From Desulfotalea psychrophila LSv54 (GTDB lineage Bacteria > Desulfobacterota > Desulfobulbia > Desulfobulbales > Desulfocapsaceae), in contig NC_006138.1 of NCBI RefSeq assembly GCF_000025945.1, forward strand, positions 960,001 through 992,000: a stretch of DNA of 32,000 nt. Reading direction: 5' to 3'. This document shows, one piece after another, positions 17,901-24,947 of the stretch (within the stretch, counting starts at the first letter, position 1; each line of letters begins with the position of its first letter). The notes below the pieces were generated by a model. It worked only from the letters and a program-made list of their open reading frames with translations, was not told the origin of the DNA and did no database searches. A program made the position numbers and the translations under genes.

Positions 17901-18186
17901 CCTAGAAGAATGTTCAATCCTTGATGATGCGTACATTTTTTATCGTAAAGCAAAGAGCATATGGGATCAAAGAGCACCTATACTTTCTCATGAAATTAAC
18001 GTTAAGTTGAAAGATTTGGAACAATCTAAAAGACTTAACGAAGTGCTTAAACTAGGGGAGAAAGATATAATCAGGCGGTGTTCTGTTTGGCTAAAAAGCG
18101 ATCCAGTCCCTAAATCAGGGAAGAGGGTGCACACAACCAACCATTCCACCGGACTCGTTGAAGCTCGCCGCAGAGCTTGTCGTTAG
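14956..18186 (+). CDS. Metallophosphoesterase-NB-ARC (STAND P-loop NTPase)-TPR fusion protein; candidate NLR/Avs-like defence protein
   Basis: 1076 aa; AAGGAA lies 9 nt upstream of the ATG.
- aa 7-300: calcineurin-like phosphoesterase motifs LHLSDLQFG, TGDLVEYG, VPGNHD, AVHHNV and LHGHTHRG.
- aa ~390-705: NB-ARC signatures, namely Walker A GIGGQGKSA (K418, nt 16207-16209), Walker B CLFVFDNVD (D497), LILITCR, a GLPLAL-like TEGHPLWL and a winged-helix YDLHPLVRSF (MHD-like).
- aa ~740-1010: TPR-like helical repeats (NLALALRDSGRYAEAMEYF; GNIGRCLMLQGDYINAIQCLKKS; YAAKWIAQCLEECSILDDAYIFYRKA).
I see no HTH or DNA-binding module. The gene is visibly AT-rich relative to its neighbours. Confidence 0.9.
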   Translation: MIKNNSLTILHLSDLQFGKNHRFFQSNISEENFNFSTLQARLQTDLKIVKSKYDLEPDLIVITGDLVEYGQQSEFDQAKVFFNELASFLNVHISNVLIVPGNHDINRKACEAYFAECEADEKKPTLPYKPKWRHFKNFYNSFYSDISRKFDLETPFGCTEYPELKVAVANLNSTVQESHQEKDHYGLIGENQAQKIAEQLAKRKDEGWFNIAAVHHNVVRGAIEDDDNLRDSEMLQRVIGDHIDLILHGHTHRGKMHWWSPQLPVIGTGSASVEKSARPDEVPNQYQLLKFTGLGFTRYCRAFAPDEAKWIPDSRVNDDGVEEHEINFRNVHAAFPESLEQKTNTQNSNNIDTLPKELDGSSDQIPKIFSPTFKFPFTHYCDLPPVVDVWVGRDKQLTSVLSTKSGVVAITGIGGQGKSALAAKCLEQWKLNHPKSFWDWRDCREEGDRFHTQLLGQIERITDGAVGGEELAGAPTIDLVKYLFEIIGDRDCLFVFDNVDQYVNVNENSFVSGVSTFVNESLRGKHNCLILITCRPRITYPNIRFFEIYLDGLLFEDTIDLFNKRGVDIKKTGMLNTLNEVYTLTEGHPLWLNLLAIQISRDEKSSENILEELRNGEADNRARSMLRPIWKGLNVNQQQVLRCMAEIPRPMDSVQIHNCISGKIKTFNRFKRAFKTIKALSLVVKCESDDGNNKYDLHPLVRSFIKTEYATTKERLPYIDPIVCYLRQLIMGSSAKISTETSFDKLRMWSEKAELEIESGLMADAVESLGYVANRLLAMGYSEELFRVGKRIIDDFIINPSHYNEIKEFDELFQVIIEALIEFGHEADARRFLKNYEDFVEEGTALFIGFCSLMTWVEWHLYNYDEAIYWGERGRYLKKQSSIDTSCDCSHNLALALRDSGRYAEAMEYFLMGNSLESLFYADAESERDGSFWGNIGRCLMLQGDYINAIQCLKKSAESLGNDQGANGIKNQGYAAKWIAQCLEECSILDDAYIFYRKAKSIWDQRAPILSHEINVKLKDLEQSKRLNEVLKLGEKDIIRRCSVWLKSDPVPKSGKRVHTTNHSTGLVEARRRACR

Positions 18187-18349
18187 CTCCCACACCTCTC
18201 CTCCTCTTCTCCGAGTGGACTGGGAGGGGGAATGTGAAAAATGGCTCACAGAACCAACGCCCCTAGTGTCAGTTTGATTTCTCCCCTAATCTTGCCCTAT
18301 ACTATGGGTTCAAACTCGTGCCACCCCCAAACCTCAACCAGAGACTATC

Positions 18350-18490
18350 ATGTATTGGCTTCTCACCAAATATCTGCTTACCGCGGCGATTGTTGTCCTG
18401 GTCTCGGAGGTGGCAAAGCGTAGCGACAGGTACTTCTCTTCCGGGTCTTGCAATCGCCTTTGTAGTTGCAGTGGCTTTTGTATTTTCTAG
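18350..18490 (+). pseudogene. 5' remnant of a small membrane-protein gene (DUF3147-like N-terminus) truncated by repeat sequence
   Basis: The ATG at 18350 gives MYWLLTKYLLTAAIVVLVSEVAKRSDR. This resembles the conserved N-terminus of DUF3147-type proteins (...ITK.I.SA.IIV.VSEV.KRS...), recalled from memory. From about 18431 the frame runs into repeat modules (GCAGTGGCTTTTGTATTTTCTAGCATCCGCCATTCCGC) and stops at 18490. Confidence 0.35.
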
Positions 18491-18830
18491 CATCCGCCAT
18501 TCCGCAGTGCTTCACTGCTGTTTTTCCTGCTCTTTCTAGTATCTAGTATCTCGTATCCGTCCTTGTCCTTTAAATTAAAAATGTTCTCCTCCGTGTTCTC
18601 TGTGCCCTCTGTGGTTAGCGGCTCTTGCTCTTATCTCTTTTAGCCTGTCTATCGGCCAAAAAAAATCCCCTCCTCTTGCGAGGAGAGGGTCGTTACCTCT
18701 TTTTCTGTCCTTGCAGTCGCCCTTGTAGTAGTAGTGGCTTTTGCATTTTCTCGCATCTAACATCCGCCATTCCACTGCTGCTTTTTTGCCCTTTCTGACA
18801 GCTCCTAACTGAGAGCTTTCAGCTGCTTTT
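18431..18830. repeat. Mosaic intergenic repeat spacer 5
   Basis: CATCCGCCATTCCGCAGTGCTTCACTGCTGTTTTTCCTGCTCTTTC, then (TAGTATC)x2 TCGTATC (18537-18557), TCCTTGTCCTTTAAATTAAAAA and GTTCTCCTCCGTGTTCTCTGTGCCCTCTGTGGTTAG (18581-18617). A second CATCCGCCATTCCACTGCTGC and CTGACAGCTCCTAACT follow at 18760-18812. All are shared with spacers 1, 3 and 6. Confidence 0.85.
18658..18689 (-). terminator. Rho-independent terminator-like hairpin downstream of xsc
   Basis: The minus strand reads CCCTCTCCTC-GCAA-GAGGAGGGG followed by A then TTTTTTTT (the plus-strand A-run at 18658-18665). It lies about 140 nt past the xsc stop. Related hairpin cores (CCTCTTG(G)CRAGG) occur at 14397-14419 and about 25268-25281, so it may be a module of the repeat family. 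Confidence 0.5.
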
Positions 18831-20627
18831 CTATTTCTTACAACAGCAGCATTGCGGACGCATATCCTCTTTCTTAATCCCGGCAACCATTACCGGAGCC
18901 TTCATGGCATCGCGACGGAAGGGTTCGCCCAGCTCCTGATTGACCAGTACCTCAATAAAGGTGGTCTTGCCCTCTTCCATTTGAACCCTTACGGCCTCTT
19001 TGAGCTGAGCTGTTAGATCGTCCGTGCAGGTAGCCTGAACGCCTATCAGGCCGCAGGCCTGGGCGATTTTTGCATAGGAGACATTGGGATCGAGCTCGGT
19101 GCCGACAAAGTTATCGGAATACCAGAGGGTGGTGTTTCGTTTTTCTGCGCCCCACTGGTAGTTACGAAAGATGATCATGGTGATTGGTGGCCAGTCCTTT
19201 CGACCGCAGGAGACCATCTCGTTCATGGAGATACCAAAGGCACCGTCGCCTGCCATGCCGATTACCGGAACATCCGGTTGGGCAATTTTAGCCCCGCAGA
19301 TTGCCGGAAAGCCGTATCCACAGGGACCGAACATACCGGGGGCCAGATATTTTCTGCCCTCTTCGAAGGTCGGATAGGCATTACCAATGGCACAGTTATT
19401 ACCGATATCAGAGGAGATGATGGCATTCTCTGGAATAACGGATTTCATCGCATTCCAGGCCTCACGGGGAGACATCTTATCTGGCTCACGATCACGGGCT
19501 CGTTTATTCCAACTGGTACCAGGATCATCCTCTTCGTGGACCAGGTTGGCCAGCTCTACGCTCCATTCTGCCTTGGTCTTGCCGATGTTTGCCTTGCGTA
19601 TTTCACGGTCTGTGTCGCCTGCTGTGGCTGTGAGTCGGTTAAGAATTCCCCGGGCAACCTTTTTAGCATCACCGATGATACCAACTTTTACCGCCTTGGT
19701 CAGACCGATACGATCTGGGTTTATATCAACTTGGATGATTGCCGCATTCTGTGGCCAGTAGTCAATCCCGTATCCCGGCAGGGTAGAAAAAGGGTTGAGT
19801 CGGGTACCAAGGGCCAGGACAACGTCGGCTTGGGCAATGAGTTCCATTCCTGCCTTTGAGCCGTTGTAACCAAGGGGGCCTGCGGCCAGTGGATGGCTGC
19901 CGGGGAAGGCGTCGTTATGCTGATAACCACAGCAGACTGGGGCGTCCAGACGTTCGGCCAGCTCTATGGTATCTTTTATGGCCCCGCCCAGGATAACACC
20001 GGCGCCGTTGAGGATGACGGGGAACTTTGCCTTAGAGAGAAGTTCTGCCGCCTTCTCCAGGGCCTTTTCTCCACCGGCGGGTCGTTCAAAATCAACGATG
20101 GCGGGGAGTTCAATTTCAATTACCTGGGTCCAGTAGTCACGGGGGATGTTGATCTGGGCCGGGGCAGAGGCCCGTTTGGCCTGCATGATTACCCGGTTGA
20201 GTACCTCGGCCATGCGCCGTGGGTCTCGGACCTCCTCTTGATAGGCGACCATATCTTTAAATACAGCCATCTGTTCAACTTCCTGAAAACCACCCTGGCC
20301 CATGGTTGCGTTTGCTGCCTGGGGGGTGACTAAGAGGAGTGGGGTGTGGTTCCAATAGGCTGTTTTGACGGGGGTGATAAAGTTGGTAATACCAGGACCG
20401 TTCTGGGCTACCATCATTGACATCTTGCCGGAGGCTCGGGTGTAACCATCGGCCATCATTCCGGCGTTACCCTCGTGGGCACAGTCCCAGAAGGTGATAC
20501 CTGCTTTGGGGAAGAGATCAGAGATAGGCATCATGGCAGAACCAATGATACCGAAAGCATGTTCAATGCCATGCATTTGAAGGACTGTGATAAAGGCCTC
20601 TTCCGTGGTCATTTTCATTTTAGTCAT
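18831..20627 (-). CDS. xsc: Sulfoacetaldehyde acetyltransferase (ThDP-dependent)
   Basis: 598 aa. MKMTTEEAFITVLQMHGIEHAFGIIGSAMMPISDLFPKAGITFWDCAHEGNAGMMADGYTRA...QINIPRDYWTQVIE...APVCCGYQHNDAFPGSHPLAAGPLGYNGSKAGMEL...TRLNPFSTLPGYGIDYWP is almost co-linear with the Xsc sequences I recall. The ThDP motif is GDGAFGISMNE. Confidence 0.88.
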   Translation of the reverse strand: MTKMKMTTEEAFITVLQMHGIEHAFGIIGSAMMPISDLFPKAGITFWDCAHEGNAGMMADGYTRASGKMSMMVAQNGPGITNFITPVKTAYWNHTPLLLVTPQAANATMGQGGFQEVEQMAVFKDMVAYQEEVRDPRRMAEVLNRVIMQAKRASAPAQINIPRDYWTQVIEIELPAIVDFERPAGGEKALEKAAELLSKAKFPVILNGAGVILGGAIKDTIELAERLDAPVCCGYQHNDAFPGSHPLAAGPLGYNGSKAGMELIAQADVVLALGTRLNPFSTLPGYGIDYWPQNAAIIQVDINPDRIGLTKAVKVGIIGDAKKVARGILNRLTATAGDTDREIRKANIGKTKAEWSVELANLVHEEDDPGTSWNKRARDREPDKMSPREAWNAMKSVIPENAIISSDIGNNCAIGNAYPTFEEGRKYLAPGMFGPCGYGFPAICGAKIAQPDVPVIGMAGDGAFGISMNEMVSCGRKDWPPITMIIFRNYQWGAEKRNTTLWYSDNFVGTELDPNVSYAKIAQACGLIGVQATCTDDLTAQLKEAVRVQMEEGKTTFIEVLVNQELGEPFRRDAMKAPVMVAGIKKEDMRPQCCCCKK

Positions 20628-21090
20628 TGCTGCACCTCAATAATTTAATCATGCCCTAAACCTATAGGGCGGTTGTACCTACGTATCAGGCAGGCTACTA
20701 AAGCTGCAATCGGGTAAACTGATCCTCCTAAGGATAACTTGGTAGTGGGCTGCCAAGACAGGTTGAGGTTAAAAGCTTAGGGGTTACAAAAAAACTGCTA
20801 TCTGTGCATTGTAGTGAGTAAAGACGGCATTGGCAATGTCAGGGAGAGGATTAGTAGACGGTGGGGGTGGGGGGCTTGCTTGCAGCTGAGTTATTTCAGG
20901 CTCTTGCCCAGAGGTAAGTTTTTTTGGTCTGGGGAGCGGCCCATCTCGGTCGTTCTGCTTTTTAATATTGAGTGATGGAGGAAGAGGTAAGATCTATTGA
21001 CAGACGGGGGAGGTTTAGGATCTTATGTGCTCTTCGGGGCAATGCCATCTGCAGGCTGACCTGCTCTTCAACGCACGATAAAGGACCACT

Positions 21091-22011
21091 ATGAATTTCA
21101 GGAAGATCGTTCAGGGCTTTTTCTTCTCTATCACCCTTCTCGCCGGTATTCGATTTATTTTCTATATTTCAGCGCTTAAACAGGGTCTGGATGCAGGACT
21201 AAAGCCCGGCCTAATTGAGGGATTCCTGCCCATAAGCGCCCTCATGGGCCTGAAGCAGTTGCTGGTGACGGGTGAGTGGGATATGATCCATCCCGCTGGT
21301 CTGACAATTTTCTTAATGGCAATTATAATGAGTGCTGTCTTTAAGAAGAGTTTTTGTAGCCATGTCTGCCCTCTCGGTTTTGTTTCGGAGACAGTCTCTC
21401 GCTTGAGCAGGAAAATCAAATTAAAGAGATGGCAGTTCGCTATATTGGCCAGTATTAAGTATCTGATCCTGGCCTTCTTCTCCTATGGGATACTGGTGCA
21501 GATGAATCCTGGCGCCATCGCCTCCTTTCTGCATAGCCCATTTAATATCGTGGCCGATGCCAGGATGCTGCACTTCTTTACATCCCCTTCCCGTACCACC
21601 CTGATAGTCTTGGCAATCGTTCTCTTTTGCACCCTTTTGCTCAGAAATGTCTGGTGTCGACTGCTCTGTCCCTATGGAGCTCTTCTCGGTTTAGTTTCAA
21701 CCCTCTCCCCCTTTCGGGTGAGGAGATCGCCCCAAAACTGCACCGGCTGTGGCGCCTGCAGCGCTGCCTGTCCAAATGATATAGAGGTGGAGAAGAGGGG
21801 CACTGTCTATAGTCCGGAGTGTATGGGCTGCTATGAATGTGTCAAAGCTAAAACTCAAGCGGACTGTCTGAGCGTCCCCCTGCCTCATTATGATAAGCTA
21901 CCTCTCTTGATAGCAGGGGTCGTTCTCGGAGTCTTTCTCTTGGCCTATTTTGGCGGTTATTGGGATTCGTCGGTTACCAATGCCGTTTATGGCAAGATTC
22001 TCTTGCCTTAG
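21091..22011 (+). CDS. Membrane-bound 4Fe-4S ferredoxin-type protein (NapH/NosR-like polyferredoxin architecture)
   Basis: 306 aa with about 5-6 hydrophobic segments. Paired CxxxCP(L/Y)G motifs (CSHVCPLG, CRLLCPYG) are typical of NapH/MauN-type membrane proteins. There is also a classical cluster CTGCGACSAACP and a second Cys motif, CMGCYECVKA. Confidence 0.78.
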   Translation: MNFRKIVQGFFFSITLLAGIRFIFYISALKQGLDAGLKPGLIEGFLPISALMGLKQLLVTGEWDMIHPAGLTIFLMAIIMSAVFKKSFCSHVCPLGFVSETVSRLSRKIKLKRWQFAILASIKYLILAFFSYGILVQMNPGAIASFLHSPFNIVADARMLHFFTSPSRTTLIVLAIVLFCTLLLRNVWCRLLCPYGALLGLVSTLSPFRVRRSPQNCTGCGACSAACPNDIEVEKRGTVYSPECMGCYECVKAKTQADCLSVPLPHYDKLPLLIAGVVLGVFLLAYFGGYWDSSVTNAVYGKILLP

Positions 22012-22016
22012 ACCCT

Positions 22017-22736
22017 TTAGTCGGCGAGATAGTATTCCACCGTGGAGACAACCCGTATCTTTTTGATATGAGGGTTGTTTCTGTCGCGGGCACCGATACT
22101 GAACTGTCCTTGAGATGCTCGTTTGATCTTACCCAGTCGACTCTCGGAATCGCTGGCAAATTTTTCTGCCACCTCTCGAGCCTTTTTGGTGGCCTCTTCG
22201 ATCATCTCCGGTTTCACCTCGTTCAGGCGGTTAAAGATATACTCGGTCTGTCCCTGATAGTTGGCACTGGTGAAGACAATTCCCTGTTTACCAAGGCGAC
22301 CAAGAGCGCTTTTTATCTCTCTTACTGCCTTGATGTTATGGGAGTAAACGGTCACCGTCTGCTTGGCTGTATAGCGAAATTCAGGCAACTTATTGCCCCC
22401 ATACTGCTGGGCATATTTATCGACAATGGAGGGGCTGGAGAAGGAGATCTCTTCGTTTTTGATGGCAAATTGGAGGAGGAAGTCCTCTATCTTTTTATTG
22501 TTTTTTTCCACCGCCTCGTAGAGTTTGCTCAGGTCGTTGCCGGTGACGGAAAACTCGATGGGCCAGATCACGGTGTCGGCCTGATATTCCCGTTCGGACA
22601 GGCCCTTGACCCGTACGGTTCGGTCGAACTGCTTATACTCTATGGCCGCATTGGCCAGCAGGTATCCAAGGCTGGTAAGGCCTATTATCAGACAGATGCC
22701 CAAAAAATTGAAAGAGGGTGATGGTCTTGTGTTCAT
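22017..22736 (-). CDS. SIMPL domain protein (YggE/DUF541-like, periplasmic)
   Basis: 239 aa with an N-terminal signal/anchor (FLGICLIIGLTSLGYLLANA). The body (RTVRVKGLSEREYQADTVIWPIEFSV...LSKLYEAVEKNNKKIEDFL...YTAKQTVTVYS...ATKKAREVAEKFA...LGKIKRASQG) matches the SIMPL family pattern from memory. Confidence 0.78.
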   Translation of the reverse strand: MNTRPSPSFNFLGICLIIGLTSLGYLLANAAIEYKQFDRTVRVKGLSEREYQADTVIWPIEFSVTGNDLSKLYEAVEKNNKKIEDFLLQFAIKNEEISFSSPSIVDKYAQQYGGNKLPEFRYTAKQTVTVYSHNIKAVREIKSALGRLGKQGIVFTSANYQGQTEYIFNRLNEVKPEMIEEATKKAREVAEKFASDSESRLGKIKRASQGQFSIGARDRNNPHIKKIRVVSTVEYYLAD

Positions 22737-22817
22737 GTGAAATCCTTGAGGTTGATAAAAGTATTTAAATTTCCAATTTAGCTAAGAGGCAAGATGCCAT
22801 GTCTGGTCCTAACTCAC

Positions 22818-23420
22818 CTATTTTAAAATGTTTTTTATGGGTAGAGGATCGAGGAGATCCGCCTCTCCCTTCAGGGCATTGAGCAGGGAGAATGAGTGGA
22901 ATCTGGCCAGATCGGCCAGGCCTATTTTTGCTTCGACAATGATACCCTCGGCTAGCAGTCGTGCCCTGCAGGTTCCCGCCAGCAGGGGACTGTCTGGGGT
23001 AAGCCATCGCTTACCGTCAAAAAAGACAATATTGGCAATGGAGGTGTCGCCGATGAGGCCATCCACAACTATCAGGATATCGTCGCACTGCCCTTTCTGG
23101 CTCACCAGCTCATTTATGGCCTGTCGGTCGGTGAACTTGAAGGGATAGTGAATTGTCTCCACCTCAACGATCTTTAAGCTCTCTATCCTTCGTGCCTGAT
23201 AGGGGGAAAATTCGTAGCGGTAGTTCGTCTGGTCATAGAGAAAGCGGAGCTTATGGAGGCCCTTGGAAAACTTGCGGGGGATATGGATAATCTCTGCCAG
23301 CGTAAACGGTGACTCTGCCTGGTAGTAGCTGTGGAAGGTAGCGTCTAGCCTCTTTTGATGATAGTTAAGATGAAGCGCTTCACCATCCACAACCTGTACT
23401 GTCTCAACAAGTGGGAACAT
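22818..23420 (-). CDS. pabC: Aminodeoxychorismate lyase-like (class IV aminotransferase fold)
   Basis: The internal ATG at 23420 of track ORF 22818-23690 gives about 200 aa (MFPLVETVQVVDGEALHLNYHQKRLDAT...ILIVVDGLIGDTSIANIVFFDGKRWLTPDSPLLAGTCRARLL). It overlaps the pabB stop by 17 nt. Position and fold-type motifs support PabC; the start could instead be 23441. Confidence 0.68.
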   Translation of the reverse strand: MFPLVETVQVVDGEALHLNYHQKRLDATFHSYYQAESPFTLAEIIHIPRKFSKGLHKLRFLYDQTNYRYEFSPYQARRIESLKIVEVETIHYPFKFTDRQAINELVSQKGQCDDILIVVDGLIGDTSIANIVFFDGKRWLTPDSPLLAGTCRARLLAEGIIVEAKIGLADLARFHSFSLLNALKGEADLLDPLPIKNILK

Positions 23421-24366
23421 AGACCTTATCCACCATTTCATTGTATTCGTTTTTTGGGAGGCTGTTGGCGGTAATACCGCCACCGCTACGAAATTGTAGT
23501 CCACCCTCGCCTCTCTCGATGAAGCGAATATTGACGGCGCTGTTGATATTTTCTCCATCAAAGATACCAAAGACACCGGTGAAGTAGCCGCGATCCTGCC
23601 CCTCTGCCTGGCCGATGATCTCCAACGTCTTCTGTTTCGGGGCCCCGCTGATGGAACCGGCGGGGAGGAGGGTGGCAATGATTCTGCCAATACCTGTCTG
23701 CCAGTCGGGGCCGAGATTTCCCTCTATCTCTGAGCTTACCTGCAGGAGGTTTTTCTTAATACTCTTAATGGTGCTGATAAAGCGGAATCTGTTCACCGAT
23801 ATATCTCTTGCTACCATGGCCAGGTCGTTACGGATCAGGTCAACAATGGTGTTATGCTCCCACTCCTCTTTTTGGTCGGCCAGGATTATTGCCTCGGCCC
23901 CCTCTATGTCGGCATCAATGGTGCCCTTCATGGGGTAGGAGTATATGCTGTTTTGAGCCGTTTTGATAAAACATTCCGGGGAGAAGAGGATGAATTGGTC
24001 TTTGAAGTAGAGCTTGTACTCTGCCTGGGCGAAGTTGAAAATCTCTTTCAGAGAAAAATTTGTCGCAATTTCGGTGGGGAAGGTGAGGTTGAGCAGATAG
24101 CTGTTGCCGGCCAGGATATTTTCTTCAACGATTTTAAATCGTTCCTGGTAGGTCTGGTAGTTCATGGGGGCAATATCGAGGCGAAGATTTTTCTCTGTTG
24201 TCTCCGGCGTGAAATTTTTTTCCGTGCCTACCTGGTAAAAGACCCCCTGCTCTGCGGTCTTGCTAAGGGGGAGGATGATCGGCTTTTGTAGTTCGAAATC
24301 GAGCAGAAAGAGGAAGGGGGTTCCGGCCTTGCCGTAGCTATTAGCCTGTTTGATAAACTCTTGCAT
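23404..24366 (-). CDS. pabB: Aminodeoxychorismate synthase component I (short chorismate-binding enzyme)
   Basis: 320 aa. Chorismate-binding core motifs: HNTIVDLIRNDL, LLPAGSISGAPKQKTLEII, RGYFTGVFGIFDG and GGGITANS. It lies between pabA and pabC. Confidence 0.85.
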   Translation of the reverse strand: MQEFIKQANSYGKAGTPFLFLLDFELQKPIILPLSKTAEQGVFYQVGTEKNFTPETTEKNLRLDIAPMNYQTYQERFKIVEENILAGNSYLLNLTFPTEIATNFSLKEIFNFAQAEYKLYFKDQFILFSPECFIKTAQNSIYSYPMKGTIDADIEGAEAIILADQKEEWEHNTIVDLIRNDLAMVARDISVNRFRFISTIKSIKKNLLQVSSEIEGNLGPDWQTGIGRIIATLLPAGSISGAPKQKTLEIIGQAEGQDRGYFTGVFGIFDGENINSAVNIRFIERGEGGLQFRSGGGITANSLPKNEYNEMVDKVYVPTC

Positions 24367-24368
24367 AG

Positions 24369-24947
24369 TTATGTCAGCTTAATGAAGTTTTCAAGTATTT
24401 TAAGGCCATGCTCTGTGATGTGGGATTCCGGATGAAATTGAATGCCCCAGATGGGTAGGTCTGTGACCCTGATGGCCATGATTACGCCTCGGGCGGAGAG
24501 GGCTGTTACGACAAGTCTTGCCGGTATGGTTTTTGGATCGACCAGCCAGGAGTGGTAGAGCCCCACGCGAAATTCTCTCGGTAGTCCGGAAAAGAGGGAG
24601 TCGTCTCTGAGGACTTGCATGGGCACGGCCTGACCATGAACCACGGGCAGCTGTTGGCTGAGATCGGCCCCGAAAAACTGGGCGATGGCCTGGTGACCTA
24701 GACAAATCCCTAAGATCGGCTTTGTCCTGTGGTAGCGCTGCAGCACTTCGAAGAGTTTTGGGAAGTCTTTGGGCAGTTCCGGGCCGGGTGAGATGATAAT
24801 CCCGTCGTATTTGTCCAGTTCTTCGATATCCAACTCATGGGTGTTGATAACCCGGAACTGAACTTCCGTCATGCCTCTCAGATAGTCGACGATATTATAG
24901 GTAAAGGAGTCGTTGTTATCGAGTAGGACTATTTTGCGCTTGGCCAT
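24369..24947 (-). CDS. pabA: Anthranilate/aminodeoxychorismate synthase component II (class I glutamine amidotransferase)
   Basis: 192 aa: VLLDNNDSFTYNIVDYL, IIISPGPE, PILGICLGHQAI (catalytic Cys) and GIQFHPES (His-Glu). It ends 2 nt upstream of the pabB start. Confidence 0.9.
   Translation of the reverse strand: MAKRKIVLLDNNDSFTYNIVDYLRGMTEVQFRVINTHELDIEELDKYDGIIISPGPELPKDFPKLFEVLQRYHRTKPILGICLGHQAIAQFFGADLSQQLPVVHGQAVPMQVLRDDSLFSGLPREFRVGLYHSWLVDPKTIPARLVVTALSARGVIMAIRVTDLPIWGIQFHPESHITEHGLKILENFIKLT

Noticed and set aside
18303-18330. tRNA-like T-arm (GGGTTCAAACTCGTGCCACCCCCA) as a possible tRNA fragment or att site at the island edge.
   Set aside because: The flanking bases do not form a 5-bp T-stem, the G53-C61 pair is missing, and there is no acceptor or anticodon arm. 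This is a chance resemblance.
20628-21090. The long (463 bp) region upstream of xsc looked like a possible riboswitch (for example TPP) or sigma54 promoter.
   Set aside because: I could not find the conserved TPP-riboswitch core (CUGAGA...ACCUGAUCUGGAUAAUGCCAGCG-like) or a TGGCAC-N5-TTGC element on either strand. Only a small CCCTA/TAGGG hairpin is present.
22818-23690. Full 290-aa version of the pabC ORF.
   Set aside because: The first 90 codons overlap the 3' end of pabB in another frame and encode a Pro/Arg/Ser-rich sequence. The conserved class-IV fold begins at the ATG at 23420.
23404-24366. The short (320 aa) PabB looked like a truncation, since E. coli PabB is about 450 aa.
   Set aside because: The catalytic chorismate-binding core motifs are all present and the operon is tightly packed (pabA stop 2 nt before, pabC overlapping). 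Short single-domain PabB proteins are known in several phyla. It is probably a normal gene.
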